A stretch of 64,000 nt of DNA from Candidatus Onstottus arcticum (lineage in GTDB: Bacteria > Acidobacteriota > Blastocatellia > UBA7656). The notes under the pieces are model-generated. The model saw nothing but the letters and a program-made list of their open reading frames with translations. It did not search any database and was not told where the DNA came from. Below are positions 1 to 8,206 of this stretch, one piece after another. Location of the stretch: NCBI GenBank assembly GCA_038040485.1, contig JBBPIE010000006.1, positions 142,435 through 206,434 of the forward strand. Reading direction: 5' to 3'. Positions within the stretch are counted from its first letter, which is position 1; each line of letters opens with the position of its first letter. Both the position numbers and the translations under genes were made by a program.

Positions 1-1260
1 AAGCCAGAACGTCGAGTGTTTCCACTCCGTCCAGAACACCGCGATCTGGGTGAGCTTGTTGCCAAGTCCCGTTGCCACGAACCAGCCGCCCATCATCACT
101 CCTCGGAACCGCGTGGGCGCTACTTTGGAAACAAGTGACAACCCCATCGGCGAAAGCATCAACTCGCCAAGCGTCAACACTCCATAAGCCCCCAACAACC
201 AGGCGGGCGACATCTTGAATGCGTAAATGTTGTCTCCAGTGACTGTAGCTTCGCCCATTCTTGCCGCGATGAAGAAAACAAGAAACGCGACCGAGGTCAT
301 CACCATTCCAAACACCATCTTGGTCGGCGTCGAGGGTTCGAGGCCTTTGCTGTCCAGCCACTTCCAAAACGTGATCAGCGGGACGGTCAGGATTATCACC
401 CACGCTGGATTGATCGCGTTCGAGATGATCCCCCTCACGTTCCAGTCCGTGTTTTCGTCCGCCCAATAAGTGATCGTGGTGCCGTTCTGATGAAAGACCA
501 TCCAGAAGACGACTACGACTGCGAACACGACTATCAGCGCCCCGATTCGCTTCCACTCGGAGACTGCGTCCATCACGCCTTGCTTGCCGGCGGCTCTTGA
601 TTCTGAGGCGGCGCTCGGCTTTGGCGCCCGATGCTTCTCGTCCTCGAGGTAGTGCTTGAACCGCCAGAGGATCGTCACCGAGATGACCATCCCAAATGCC
701 GCCACTGCGAACGCCGGGTGGAATCCGTACTTCCATTGAACAAATGTAGCGACAAGCGGTGCGAGAAACGCTCCGACGTTGATGCCCATGTAGAACAGGT
801 TGTAAGCGCGGTCCTTGAGGTGACTTCCGTCCGGGTAGAGGTTCCCGACCATCGTCGAGACATTCGGTTTGAAGAAGCCGTTGCCGATCACCAGACAGGT
901 CAACGCAGCATAAACAAATGCAAGCGAGCGCACCGACAGCAGCAGGTGGCCGGCCATGAAAAAGAAGCCGCCGAGCATCACTGCTTTTCGATAGCCGAGC
1001 TTCTTGTCTGCGATCCATCCTCCTATCAGCGGACTGCAGTAGACGAACATCATGTAGTTCGCGTAAAGCGTCGAGGCTTGCGCTGCGGTCCACGCGAAGC
1101 CTTCATTTGGATCGCGCAAATAAAGCGTGAACATCGACACCATCGTGTAGAAGCTGAACCGCTCCCACATCTCGGTGGCGAACAGGACGTACAGCCCTTT
1201 CGGGTGCTTGTCCAAATCGGCTCTGTTTTCGGTTTCCGGGGAGAGAGTCCTGATACCCAT
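1..1260 (-). CDS. POT/PTR2 family di-/tripeptide:proton symporter (DtpT-like); N-terminal 420 codons, 3' end runs off the window
   Basis: Minus-strand reading from ATG (complement of 1258-1260) gives MGIRTLSPETENRADLDKHPKGLYVLFATEMWERFSFYTMVSMFTLYL...GGWIADKKLGYRKAVMLGGFFFMAGH...GFFKPNVSTMVGNLY...FYMGINVGAFLAPLV. This carries the PTR2 signature motifs. It is absent from the ORF track only because no stop codon lies inside the window. Confidence 0.85.
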   Translation of the reverse strand, partial: MGIRTLSPETENRADLDKHPKGLYVLFATEMWERFSFYTMVSMFTLYLRDPNEGFAWTAAQASTLYANYMMFVYCSPLIGGWIADKKLGYRKAVMLGGFFFMAGHLLLSVRSLAFVYAALTCLVIGNGFFKPNVSTMVGNLYPDGSHLKDRAYNLFYMGINVGAFLAPLVATFVQWKYGFHPAFAVAAFGMVISVTILWRFKHYLEDEKHRAPKPSAASESRAAGKQGVMDAVSEWKRIGALIVVFAVVVVFWMVFHQNGTTITYWADENTDWNVRGIISNAINPAWVIILTVPLITFWKWLDSKGLEPSTPTKMVFGMVMTSVAFLVFFIAARMGEATVTGDNIYAFKMSPAWLLGAYGVLTLGELMLSPMGLSLVSKVAPTRFRGVMMGGWFVATGLGNKLTQIAVFWTEWKHSTFWL

Positions 1261-1633
1261 AGCCTGTCTTGTCGTCTCCTTTTGAGAACTGACCGCTGGG
1301 ATCGGAATGTTTGAGCCCGCTGATCGCGGGGGCTCGCCGCTCAAACTCAGAGTTGAAGCTTCGAGGCAGTGCGAGCCGCCCAGATTCTATACGAGCGTCA
1401 AAACGGCAGCAACCGGATTGGTACGAACTGCACGTGGGAGTCTACGAGCAGCGAGTTTGCGGCTTGAACGGCGGTGCTCGACTTTGCTGGGGCGAGCTTT
1501 GCTAGACCCCGCTTGGCAGCGCCGAGGGCACGGACTAGACTGACCGGGTCAGTTAGATCGGTTTGGCAGAGTCTATCGGGATTCAGAACTCTTTTTCCTG
1601 CAGACTCTGCGCTTCGATTCGGAGAAGGCCGTT

Positions 1634-2500
1634 ATGTTCGAGTGGAAAATCGGCGGCAGAAGCTTCTGCGTCCGCGACATCGAGAGCGACGCCGAGTTTC
1701 ACGCCATCGAAGAGATACAGAAAGAAGCCTGGGGCTTCAATGATCTCGACACGGTTCCTGCCGCCACGTTGATGGCTACCCAACACGCGGGCGGCGTCAC
1801 GCTCGGAGCTTTCGATGGCAGCACGATGATCGGGTTCGCATACGGCTTTGCGGCTTACGAAGAAGGGCAAGCGTCGATCCATTCCCATATGCTTGCGGTC
1901 CGGCCGGCGTACAGAAACTTCCAAGCCGGGTTCTATCTAAAGCTTGCCCAGCGCGAACGCGTGTTGGAAAAGAGGCTGGATGAAATCTCGTGGACCTACG
2001 ATCCGCTTCAAAGCCTGAACGCGCATTTGAACTTCGGAAAGCTCGGAGTCGTCTCGCAGCGCTACCTCGTAAACTTCTACGGCGAAGCCACTTCGAGCCC
2101 CTTGCATCAAGGCTTTGGCACGGACCGCCTTTGGGTGAGATGGCTTCTGAACTCCGAGCGAGTTAAGCGACTTGTCTCAGCCGATCCGCTCTCGCCTGCC
2201 GTTCGCGACCGTGGTCTTGATTTGCAGAGCACCGAGTTGATTGACGCGGCGCTGGTAAGACTGGAAGCTGGTCGTCCTCGGCGCGGGGATTTCGGCGTTC
2301 TGTCATCCGGTCGTTGCACGATCGAGATTCCTCACAACATCAACGCGCTCAAGGAGCGGGACCCGCAAGCGGGAGTTCTGTGGCGCGAGGCAACTCGAGA
2401 AGCGTTTCTTGCCGCGCTCGAAGCAGGCTTCGAGGTCGCGAACTTCCATCGCATCGATTCAACATCCAATCCCCGCTGGTTCTACCTGCTGACGCGCTAA
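1634..2500 (+). CDS. GNAT-superfamily acetyltransferase-like protein (predicted)
   Basis: 288-aa ORF with ATG start and SD GGAGAAGG upstream. Central block HMLAVRPAYRNFQAGFYLKLAQRE...ISWTYDPLQSLNAHLNFGKLG resembles the GNAT acetyl-CoA binding core. Family assignment is from memory only. Confidence 0.5.
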   Translation: MFEWKIGGRSFCVRDIESDAEFHAIEEIQKEAWGFNDLDTVPAATLMATQHAGGVTLGAFDGSTMIGFAYGFAAYEEGQASIHSHMLAVRPAYRNFQAGFYLKLAQRERVLEKRLDEISWTYDPLQSLNAHLNFGKLGVVSQRYLVNFYGEATSSPLHQGFGTDRLWVRWLLNSERVKRLVSADPLSPAVRDRGLDLQSTELIDAALVRLEAGRPRRGDFGVLSSGRCTIEIPHNINALKERDPQAGVLWREATREAFLAALEAGFEVANFHRIDSTSNPRWFYLLTR

Positions 2501-2546
2501 GCTGACCACAACCAACGCAAGACGCCGATTGATTCGATCGTCATCT

Positions 2547-2576
2547 TTGACTGACTTCTTTCCCCTCGGATAGAAT
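2547..2576 (+). promoter_or_regulatory. sigma70-like promoter (TTGACT - 17 nt - TAGAAT) upstream of the PQQ-repeat gene
   Basis: -35 TTGACT at 2547-2552, 17-nt spacer, -10 TAGAAT at 2571-2576, start codon at 2587. Confidence 0.4.
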
Positions 2577-2586
2577 TTCATTGCTG

Positions 2587-3822
2587 ATGACAAATCTCTT
2601 GGTTACGCGGTTGCTGTCGGTTCTTTTGTTTACCCCGCTCTTTGGTTTCGGACAGAAGCCGCTGCCGTCGACACAGCAAGTCCCAACCCAACCTACGGCT
2701 ACGAATCAATCCAAAAAAACCGGCGGCCAGCCAAGGGCGCGGGAATCATTAGCGGAAGCCGGAGCGACGTCAACGTCGAAGCTCGCTTTGCCATTCAAAC
2801 GAGCCTGGCAGCATCTCACGGGCGGCGCGACCCCGATCGCGCCCACGGTCGACGACGCGCGCATCTACCTGCCGCTCACCGGCGGCCGCGTGTCTTGCCT
2901 AGACCGGCAGACCGGCTCTTTGCTCTGGTCGAGCGAGCCGGGCGGACAGATCACCGCGCCCGCCGCAGCCGGCGACAACTCGATCTATATCGCGACTCGC
3001 AACGTCGGAGAAGACGGCACGGAAGCAGGCGGCTCGTTGCGCGCGGTGGACAAGGCTACTGGACTCACCGTGTGGGTGCGCGACTACCCGCGCGCGTTCT
3101 CGTCGACCCTCGAGCTTGCCGCAGGCCGGGTCTACGCCGGAAGCTCGGACGGCTCGTTCTATGCGCTCGAATCGAAGAACGGCGAGATCATTTGGAAGGT
3201 CGAATCCCAGGACGTCGTTCGAGGCCGCGCGCTTGTGACCGAGCAAGCCATCTATTTCGGAAGCGACGACGGAGTCTTGCGAGTCGTCGAGCACCAACGC
3301 GGCCAGCTCATCTGGAAGTATCAAACGGGTGGGAGAATCATCGGGCAGCCGGTCGCCGGCGAACGAGAACTGTATTTCGGATCGGGAGATGGGTACGTCT
3401 ATTCGCTGGAGCTCGCAACCGGCAAGCTTCGTTGGCGATCGCGCACAGGCGCCGCGGTGGAAGCGTCGCCTGTCATTGTCGGCGACCGCCTGCTTGTAGC
3501 GTCTTACGATAACTTTGTGTACGCGCTGTCGCGCGCAAGCGGCGACCGAATCTGGAAACGCCGTCTCGAAAACCGCATCACCGCCGCGCCCATAGTCGAA
3601 GGCGACGCAAACCTCGTAGCTCCCTTGCACGGTGATTATGTCGCGGTCTTCTTGAACGCCGATGGCCGTCGAGTAAACCTCTTTCAACTGGATCCCGACT
3701 TCGAGATCGTGGCTGAGCCGGTCTTTTCGCGCGACACTCTGGTGATTCCTACAAATCAGGGGTTGGTCGTTGCGACCGCCGCCAAACCGGCCGAGCCGCA
3801 AACCAGCGCGATCAAGAAATGA
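2587..3822 (+). CDS. PQQ-like beta-propeller repeat protein (BamB/YVTN-like), secreted
   Basis: ATG at 2587 gives the signal peptide MTNLLVTRLLSVLLFTPLFGFG. Repeated PQQ-type blades follow (GGRVSCLDRQTGSLLWS, GSFYALESKNGEIIWK, GVLRVVEHQRGQLIWKYQTGG, YVYSLELATGKLRWRS, FVYALSRASGDRIWKRRL). The track start at 2581 is a TTG. Confidence 0.8.
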   Translation: MTNLLVTRLLSVLLFTPLFGFGQKPLPSTQQVPTQPTATNQSKKTGGQPRARESLAEAGATSTSKLALPFKRAWQHLTGGATPIAPTVDDARIYLPLTGGRVSCLDRQTGSLLWSSEPGGQITAPAAAGDNSIYIATRNVGEDGTEAGGSLRAVDKATGLTVWVRDYPRAFSSTLELAAGRVYAGSSDGSFYALESKNGEIIWKVESQDVVRGRALVTEQAIYFGSDDGVLRVVEHQRGQLIWKYQTGGRIIGQPVAGERELYFGSGDGYVYSLELATGKLRWRSRTGAAVEASPVIVGDRLLVASYDNFVYALSRASGDRIWKRRLENRITAAPIVEGDANLVAPLHGDYVAVFLNADGRRVNLFQLDPDFEIVAEPVFSRDTLVIPTNQGLVVATAAKPAEPQTSAIKK

Positions 3823-4247
3823 TCGAGGTAAGAAATCGCCGCAGTGCCAACTTCAAATTATGCGGACGCTCAACGGTCTCGTCGGCACTGCGGCGAGGGG
3901 GGATCGAAACTAGGGAGCGGTAGGTTCGATTTGGGGCGGGGCGACAGACAACTACAAGCCAATCTCGTATTAGGTCATCGCCGTTTTGAGGGAGCTGTTG
4001 TTACTGATATCAACTCGCATACCACAGCCGGCTGCGCCTGCCTTGAACCTCAACTCTTTGTGAATGCTCGCAATAAGCGGCGTCGATGGGTTAGGTCGGC
4101 TGACTGATTCAGCCAGAATGAAAGAAGCCGTTCAACGGTGTAAGCGATATTGACCGAGCGCTATCAGTGAGATGAACGATCGCGCAAAGAAGCGCGTCAC
4201 CCGATGACAAGGGCTGTCATCGCCGGGTCCCATCACGCGTCACTCCC

Positions 4248-4320
4248 TGGGAGCGCAGGCATCCCGCCTGCTGCTTGGTGGCGTGTGAGAAGAGGCAGGC
4301 AGGGATGCCTGCGCTCCCAG
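4248..4320. repeat. MITE/REP-like palindromic element, family A (termini TGGGAGCGCAGGCATCCC...GGGATGCCTGCGCTCCCA), copy 1
   Basis: A 24-nt left arm (4248-4271) and the right arm (4295-4320) are reverse complements, flanking a 23-nt loop. The element lies 6 nt downstream of the aminotransferase stop (4326-4328) and could act as its terminator hairpin. Confidence 0.65.
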
Positions 4321-4325
4321 AGGAC

Positions 4326-5540
4326 TCAACTCGTTATTGCCCGGCACATTCGCTCGACGCCTTCAGAGATCGCTTCCGGCGACTCCTTCGAGTAAGCCAG
4401 CCTCATCGTGTTTGCTCCGCTGCCGTCAACAAAAAAGGGCTGACCCGGTACGTAAGCAACACCGCCGGCGATGGCGCGGGGAAGAACTTCAGTGGCATCG
4501 ATCCGGTTTGCGAGCTCCAACAGAATGAAGAACCCGCCGATGGGCTTTGTCCACCGCGAGCCCGCCGGCGCGAAGCGCTCCAGCGCTTCGAGCATCGCGC
4601 GGCAGCGGACTTCGTAGAAACGGCGAAGCTCGGGCAGCCGCCGCTCAATCAAGCCCGAGAGAATTGCTTCAGCGACGATCGTCTGATCCAGGACACTCGA
4701 GGAGAGATCGGCCCCTTCCTTGGCTAGCTCGATCTTCTTCGCTATCGGCTCTGGCGCGCGCAGATACGCGGTTCGAATGCCGGGCGCGAGCACTTTGGAG
4801 AAAGTACCCAAATAGACGACTCGCTCCGGCCGAAGCGCCGCAAGCGGAACCAGCCGCGCCCCTTCAGATTCGAAATACAGATCGAAGTAAGCGTCGTCCT
4901 CGATGATCAACAAATCGTGCTCGTCGGCTATCTCGACAAGCTGATGCCGCCGCTCGGTCGCAAGCGTCACCCCCGAAGGGTTCTGAAAATTCGGAATCGT
5001 GTAGATGCACTTGATGCGGCGGCCTTCTCTCGAGACCTGATCGAGCTTCTCGCGGAGGTCGCCGATGACGATGCCGCCGTCATCCTGCCGCACACCGATC
5101 ATCTCAGCTTGCGAGTTGTGCAATGCAATGATTCCGCCGATGTAACTCGGAAGTTCTACTAGCGCTATGTCACCCGGATCGATGATCACCCGCGAGATCA
5201 GGTCGAGACCCTGTTGAGAGCCGCTGGTCATAATGACTTCGGCGGACGAGACATGAGTCAACCCTCGTTCACGCAGAAGTCCGACGACCGCATCAACCAG
5301 GGCGGGCTGGCCCTTGGTCGGCCCATACTGAAGGGCGACGGGTCCTCGCTCGCGGATGACTCGCGAAGCGATCTCGGCAAGCTCCTCGATCGGAAACGTT
5401 TCGGCGCTGGGAGCGCCCGCCGCCAACGAGATCACTTCCTTGTTGCCCAGCAACGCAGTGAGCTTTCGGATCGCGTTCGGACGGATCCGGCGACCCAGCT
5501 CGGAAAGCATCTCGTCGTATTGGATTTCGGTTTTAAGCAT
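4326..5540 (-). CDS. PLP-dependent aminotransferase, class I/II fold (AAT-like / 2-aminoadipate transaminase-like)
   Basis: 404 aa with ATG start. Typical aminotransferase I/II blocks are present (LAAGAPS, NPSG, LIIEDDAYFDL, TFSKVLAPGIRTAYL with the Schiff-base Lys). Confidence 0.85.
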   Translation of the reverse strand: MLKTEIQYDEMLSELGRRIRPNAIRKLTALLGNKEVISLAAGAPSAETFPIEELAEIASRVIRERGPVALQYGPTKGQPALVDAVVGLLRERGLTHVSSAEVIMTSGSQQGLDLISRVIIDPGDIALVELPSYIGGIIALHNSQAEMIGVRQDDGGIVIGDLREKLDQVSREGRRIKCIYTIPNFQNPSGVTLATERRHQLVEIADEHDLLIIEDDAYFDLYFESEGARLVPLAALRPERVVYLGTFSKVLAPGIRTAYLRAPEPIAKKIELAKEGADLSSSVLDQTIVAEAILSGLIERRLPELRRFYEVRCRAMLEALERFAPAGSRWTKPIGGFFILLELANRIDATEVLPRAIAGGVAYVPGQPFFVDGSGANTMRLAYSKESPEAISEGVERMCRAITS

Positions 5541-5554
5541 TTGATCGGCGCCTG

Positions 5555-6163
5555 TCAGCTTTTGACGAGCAGCGTGATGTGCACAATTTTACTCGGCTCT
5601 GCCGGATCGTTGGACTTGATCGTTATCGTCTTTGACTTCGGACCCGCGACGTTTCCGGTTTCCACTTTCACCTTGATGACGCCGGCCTTACCAGGCCGGA
5701 GGACTTTCGGGAAGTCCACAGCCGTGCATCCTCAACTGGGTGCGACCGACTCGATGTTCAAGTCGCCCCTTCCAGTGTTTTTGACCACGAGGTTGCGAAC
5801 GAGCGACTTACCCTGTCTGACACTGCCGAAGTCGATGTTGCTCACCGGCAGGCTGAGCCTGGGCGCCGTTGCGCTCGAAACAGGCTGGATCGCAATCGCT
5901 GGTTTCGTCTTTGCACCCGATTTTGTTTGCGGTTGCGCTTCCTGTTTGAGCTCCGGCAGACCGGGCGGCGACTGCGGCAGGAGCGCAAGCGGGTTTGGCG
6001 CAGCCGGCGACGCGTTTGGAGCGGCCGAAGCCGTCGCGTTGGCGTTTGGGCTGCTCGGCGCGCTCGGAGGCGTGCTCGCCTCGTTAGCTCCGGAGGAGCA
6101 GCCGGTCATCAACGCTGTCAAGAAAATGGGAACAAGAAAGCGTGTCTTCATGCGGTCAGTCAT
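5555..6163 (-). CDS. DUF1573-domain lipoprotein with an in-frame TGA (complement of 5732-5734) at the conserved CxC cysteine: selenoprotein candidate or nonsense pseudogene
   Basis: Lipoprotein signal with lipobox (MTDRMKTRFLVPIFLTALMTGC), then a Pro/Ala/Ser-rich linker, then the DUF1573 domain VSNIDFGSVRQGKSLVRNLVVKNTGRGDLNIESVAPS-[TGA]-GCTAVDFPKVLRPGKAGVIKVKVETGNVAGPKSKTITIKSNDPAEPSKIVHITLLVKS. The same frame continues for 58 codons after the TGA to a TGA at 5555-5557 and matches the C-terminal half of the domain. The ORF track stops at 5732. Confidence 0.55.
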
Positions 6164-6234
6164 ATGCGGATAAATTTAGCACAACAGAGCGGCTCGTGGG
6201 CAACGCGAGGCTGAGGGAATCGCGTGCCACGAAT

Positions 6235-6675
6235 TCAAGCCGGACTGTGCCCGGCTTCAGAATCGAACGGCGCACCGCCAACCGGATCGCTTTTTCCCAG
6301 CGTGACCACAGTCGCGCCCCAGCCGCCGGCGTCCGCCGGTGCGTCCCCGTACTCGCTGACGTATGGCAAGCTTAAGAGAATCGAGCGAACGATCTCGCGC
6401 TGAACACCGACGCCTTTGCCGTGAATGATTCGCAGGCCTGTCACGCCGCGACTGTGAGCTTCGGTGATGTAGTCTTCGACCACGGCGCGAACCTGTCTGG
6501 GCGGGATTGAATGAAGGTCGAGAACGTCTGTGAACTCGAGCACGACGAGGTCGGGAAACGGGTTCTCGGGGTCCCACGGCTGGTCGTCCTCGACGCCTTC
6601 ACCGCGAGCAATCGGGGATTGGTCCTTCTTAGGAAGCAGCCGCCTGGCTGCCCTGAGCAGGAAGTCGAAGCTCAT
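6235..6675 (-). CDS. Smr (small MutS-related) domain protein
   Basis: 146 aa, ATG start. C-terminal Smr nuclease domain VLDLHSIPPRQVRAVVEDYITEAHSRGVTGLRIIHGKGVGVQREIVRSIL. Confidence 0.8.
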   Translation of the reverse strand: MSFDFLLRAARRLLPKKDQSPIARGEGVEDDQPWDPENPFPDLVVLEFTDVLDLHSIPPRQVRAVVEDYITEAHSRGVTGLRIIHGKGVGVQREIVRSILLSLPYVSEYGDAPADAGGWGATVVTLGKSDPVGGAPFDSEAGHSPA

Positions 6676-6921
6676 TCCGAGATGATATGCGCCGCCGAGC
6701 GAGCGCTCATCTGTTTTCCGTAGTTAGTTGGAGCAGCGAGTTGCTTAGTCATAGGCGGCGTTTCCTCAGTTTGGCGATGCTAGATAGCAGACTTTGTCTT
6801 GCATAGAGATGCTTGGAGCATATACTCTCCCTCCGGGCTGTCAACGGCAAGAGTTCCTATGCTGCCTTGAGTGAAGGTCGGCAACAGCGATACTATTCGA
6901 TTTCCTTGGGAAGCGTTGCGA

Positions 6922-7146
6922 ATGTCATACCGAACCATTAAAGAGCCGGAGCAGATCCGAAGCGTCAGCGTTTCCGACGTTATCGCCGCGGTCGAGGCGC
7001 TGGGCCCTTCCAAAACAGGTGCGATACGTCCCCGAGTCGCACGTGGTGGTGGTGGTTCGTGGTCCCATAGTTTCGGTCGGCGACATCGGCACTTCCGCGG
7101 GGCCGCCGCCAAGAAATCGTTTGCCCGAGCCGCCACGAAGAGATAA
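6922..7146 (+). CDS. hypothetical small basic Gly/Arg-rich protein (74 aa)
   Basis: ATG at 6922 (MSYRTIKEPEQIRSVSVSDVIAAVEALGPSK...RVARGGGGSWSHSFGRRHRHFRG). It ends 11 nt before the next gene. It sits in a lower-GC islet. No recognizable family. It may be non-coding. Confidence 0.2.
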   Translation: MSYRTIKEPEQIRSVSVSDVIAAVEALGPSKTGAIRPRVARGGGGSWSHSFGRRHRHFRGAAAKKSFARAATKR

Positions 7147-7157
7147 GCAACTCGCGC

Positions 7158-7763
7158 ATGGCCAAGCCTACCTACTCTGAACGCATATTCATTAACGTAC
7201 CCTTCGATCCTCGTTACCAAAGACTCTTCCGCGCACTCGTTTTCGTGATTCACGATTGTGGCTTCGTGGCACGCTGCGCCACTGAGGACGACAATAGTCT
7301 GCAGGTTCGCGTTGACAAGCTTTACGAGATAATTCGGACAAGCAAGTACAGCGTCCACGACATTTCGCGGCTGCACGCAAGGTACAACATGCCCCTAGAA
7401 CTGGGAATTGTCCTTGGAGCGAAACGGTTCGGCAATGCCCGACACAAGCAGAAACGTGCGCTGATTCTTGATACTGAGGCGTATCGCTACCAACGATTCT
7501 GTTCAGATATCGCGGGGCAAGATATCCGGGCGCACGAAAACGGGGTAGAAGGCTTGATCCGTAGCGTCAGGAATTGGCTTCGTGCGAGCCCGGATACCCA
7601 GGGAATCATCTTGCCGAGTGCTGACTTCATCTATCGTCGCTACCGTGCATTCTCCCGGCGTCTGCGAGGACTCTGCGCGGCTGTTAACCTAGATCCCGAA
7701 GACCTGCATTTCCTTGATCTCAGGGTCCTTGTCACTGGCTGGCTCTCGGTTAATCCGCGCTAG
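7158..7763 (+). CDS. hypothetical protein with TIR-like (DUF1863/ThsB-like) sequence pattern
   Basis: 201 aa, ATG start, GC roughly 52% against a background of about 62%. The pattern IFINVPFD (beta-A) ... TSKYSVHDIS ... YNMPLELGIVLG (possible catalytic Glu) ... KRALILD matches the order of the TIR/SLOG core blocks by eye. No HMM was run. Confidence 0.35.
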   Translation: MAKPTYSERIFINVPFDPRYQRLFRALVFVIHDCGFVARCATEDDNSLQVRVDKLYEIIRTSKYSVHDISRLHARYNMPLELGIVLGAKRFGNARHKQKRALILDTEAYRYQRFCSDIAGQDIRAHENGVEGLIRSVRNWLRASPDTQGIILPSADFIYRRYRAFSRRLRGLCAAVNLDPEDLHFLDLRVLVTGWLSVNPR

Positions 7764-8206
7764 CGTTGCTTTGGGAGCACGGCGGTTCGCGATACTCGGG
7801 CACGCTGTCAGGCCGGCATTTCCATAAAGCTGGCGGGCTCTGGTCGCGCTCAATGTCTTGTTATCAACCGCGATGAAGGGTTTGCTCCCTTACGCTGAAT
7901 TGTACATGGGCCGGGTTCGGCACCGTGATTGGGAACCGAAGCCCTGCGACCGGGGCCGCCACGTACTTCTAAAAGCTCGACAGCGACGAGATCCGGCGGT
8001 TCAGAGTCTTCAGGCGTCGCGCCTTTTAATGGTTGTGCCTCGAACGATGAAAACACGCCTGGCAGGGGCCTCAAGATCGAACAGCTCTCCCATGAAATGG
8101 CCCTAGCTTGCCTGTCCTTTTGAAACCATGAATAATTGAGGTCCGACTTGCTCTCGCGCGCCAGGACGCCTCGCACAGAGGCGCGCGGTTGTGCTTCTGT
8201 GCCAGT

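Noticed and set aside
2899-3801. 300-aa minus-strand ORF and 205-aa + strand alternative-frame ORF inside the PQQ-repeat gene
   Set aside because: Arg/Ala-rich low-complexity translations fully antisense to, or out of frame with, a well-supported gene. These are typical long spurious ORFs of high-GC DNA. The same applies to 5214-6173 (+), 16053-17186 (+), 37698-38579 (-), 43113-44339 (-), 49276-50004 (+), 56960-58105 (+) and 6780-7376 (-).
3896-3960. tmRNA-like 5' motif (GGGGGGATCGAAAC...GGTTCGATTTGGGG) in the 500-nt gap after the PQQ-repeat gene
   Set aside because: No matching 3' tRNA-like domain (T-arm plus CCACCA-complementary end) and no convincing tag-peptide reading frame ending in ...AA. 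The resemblance is only to a few 5' bases.
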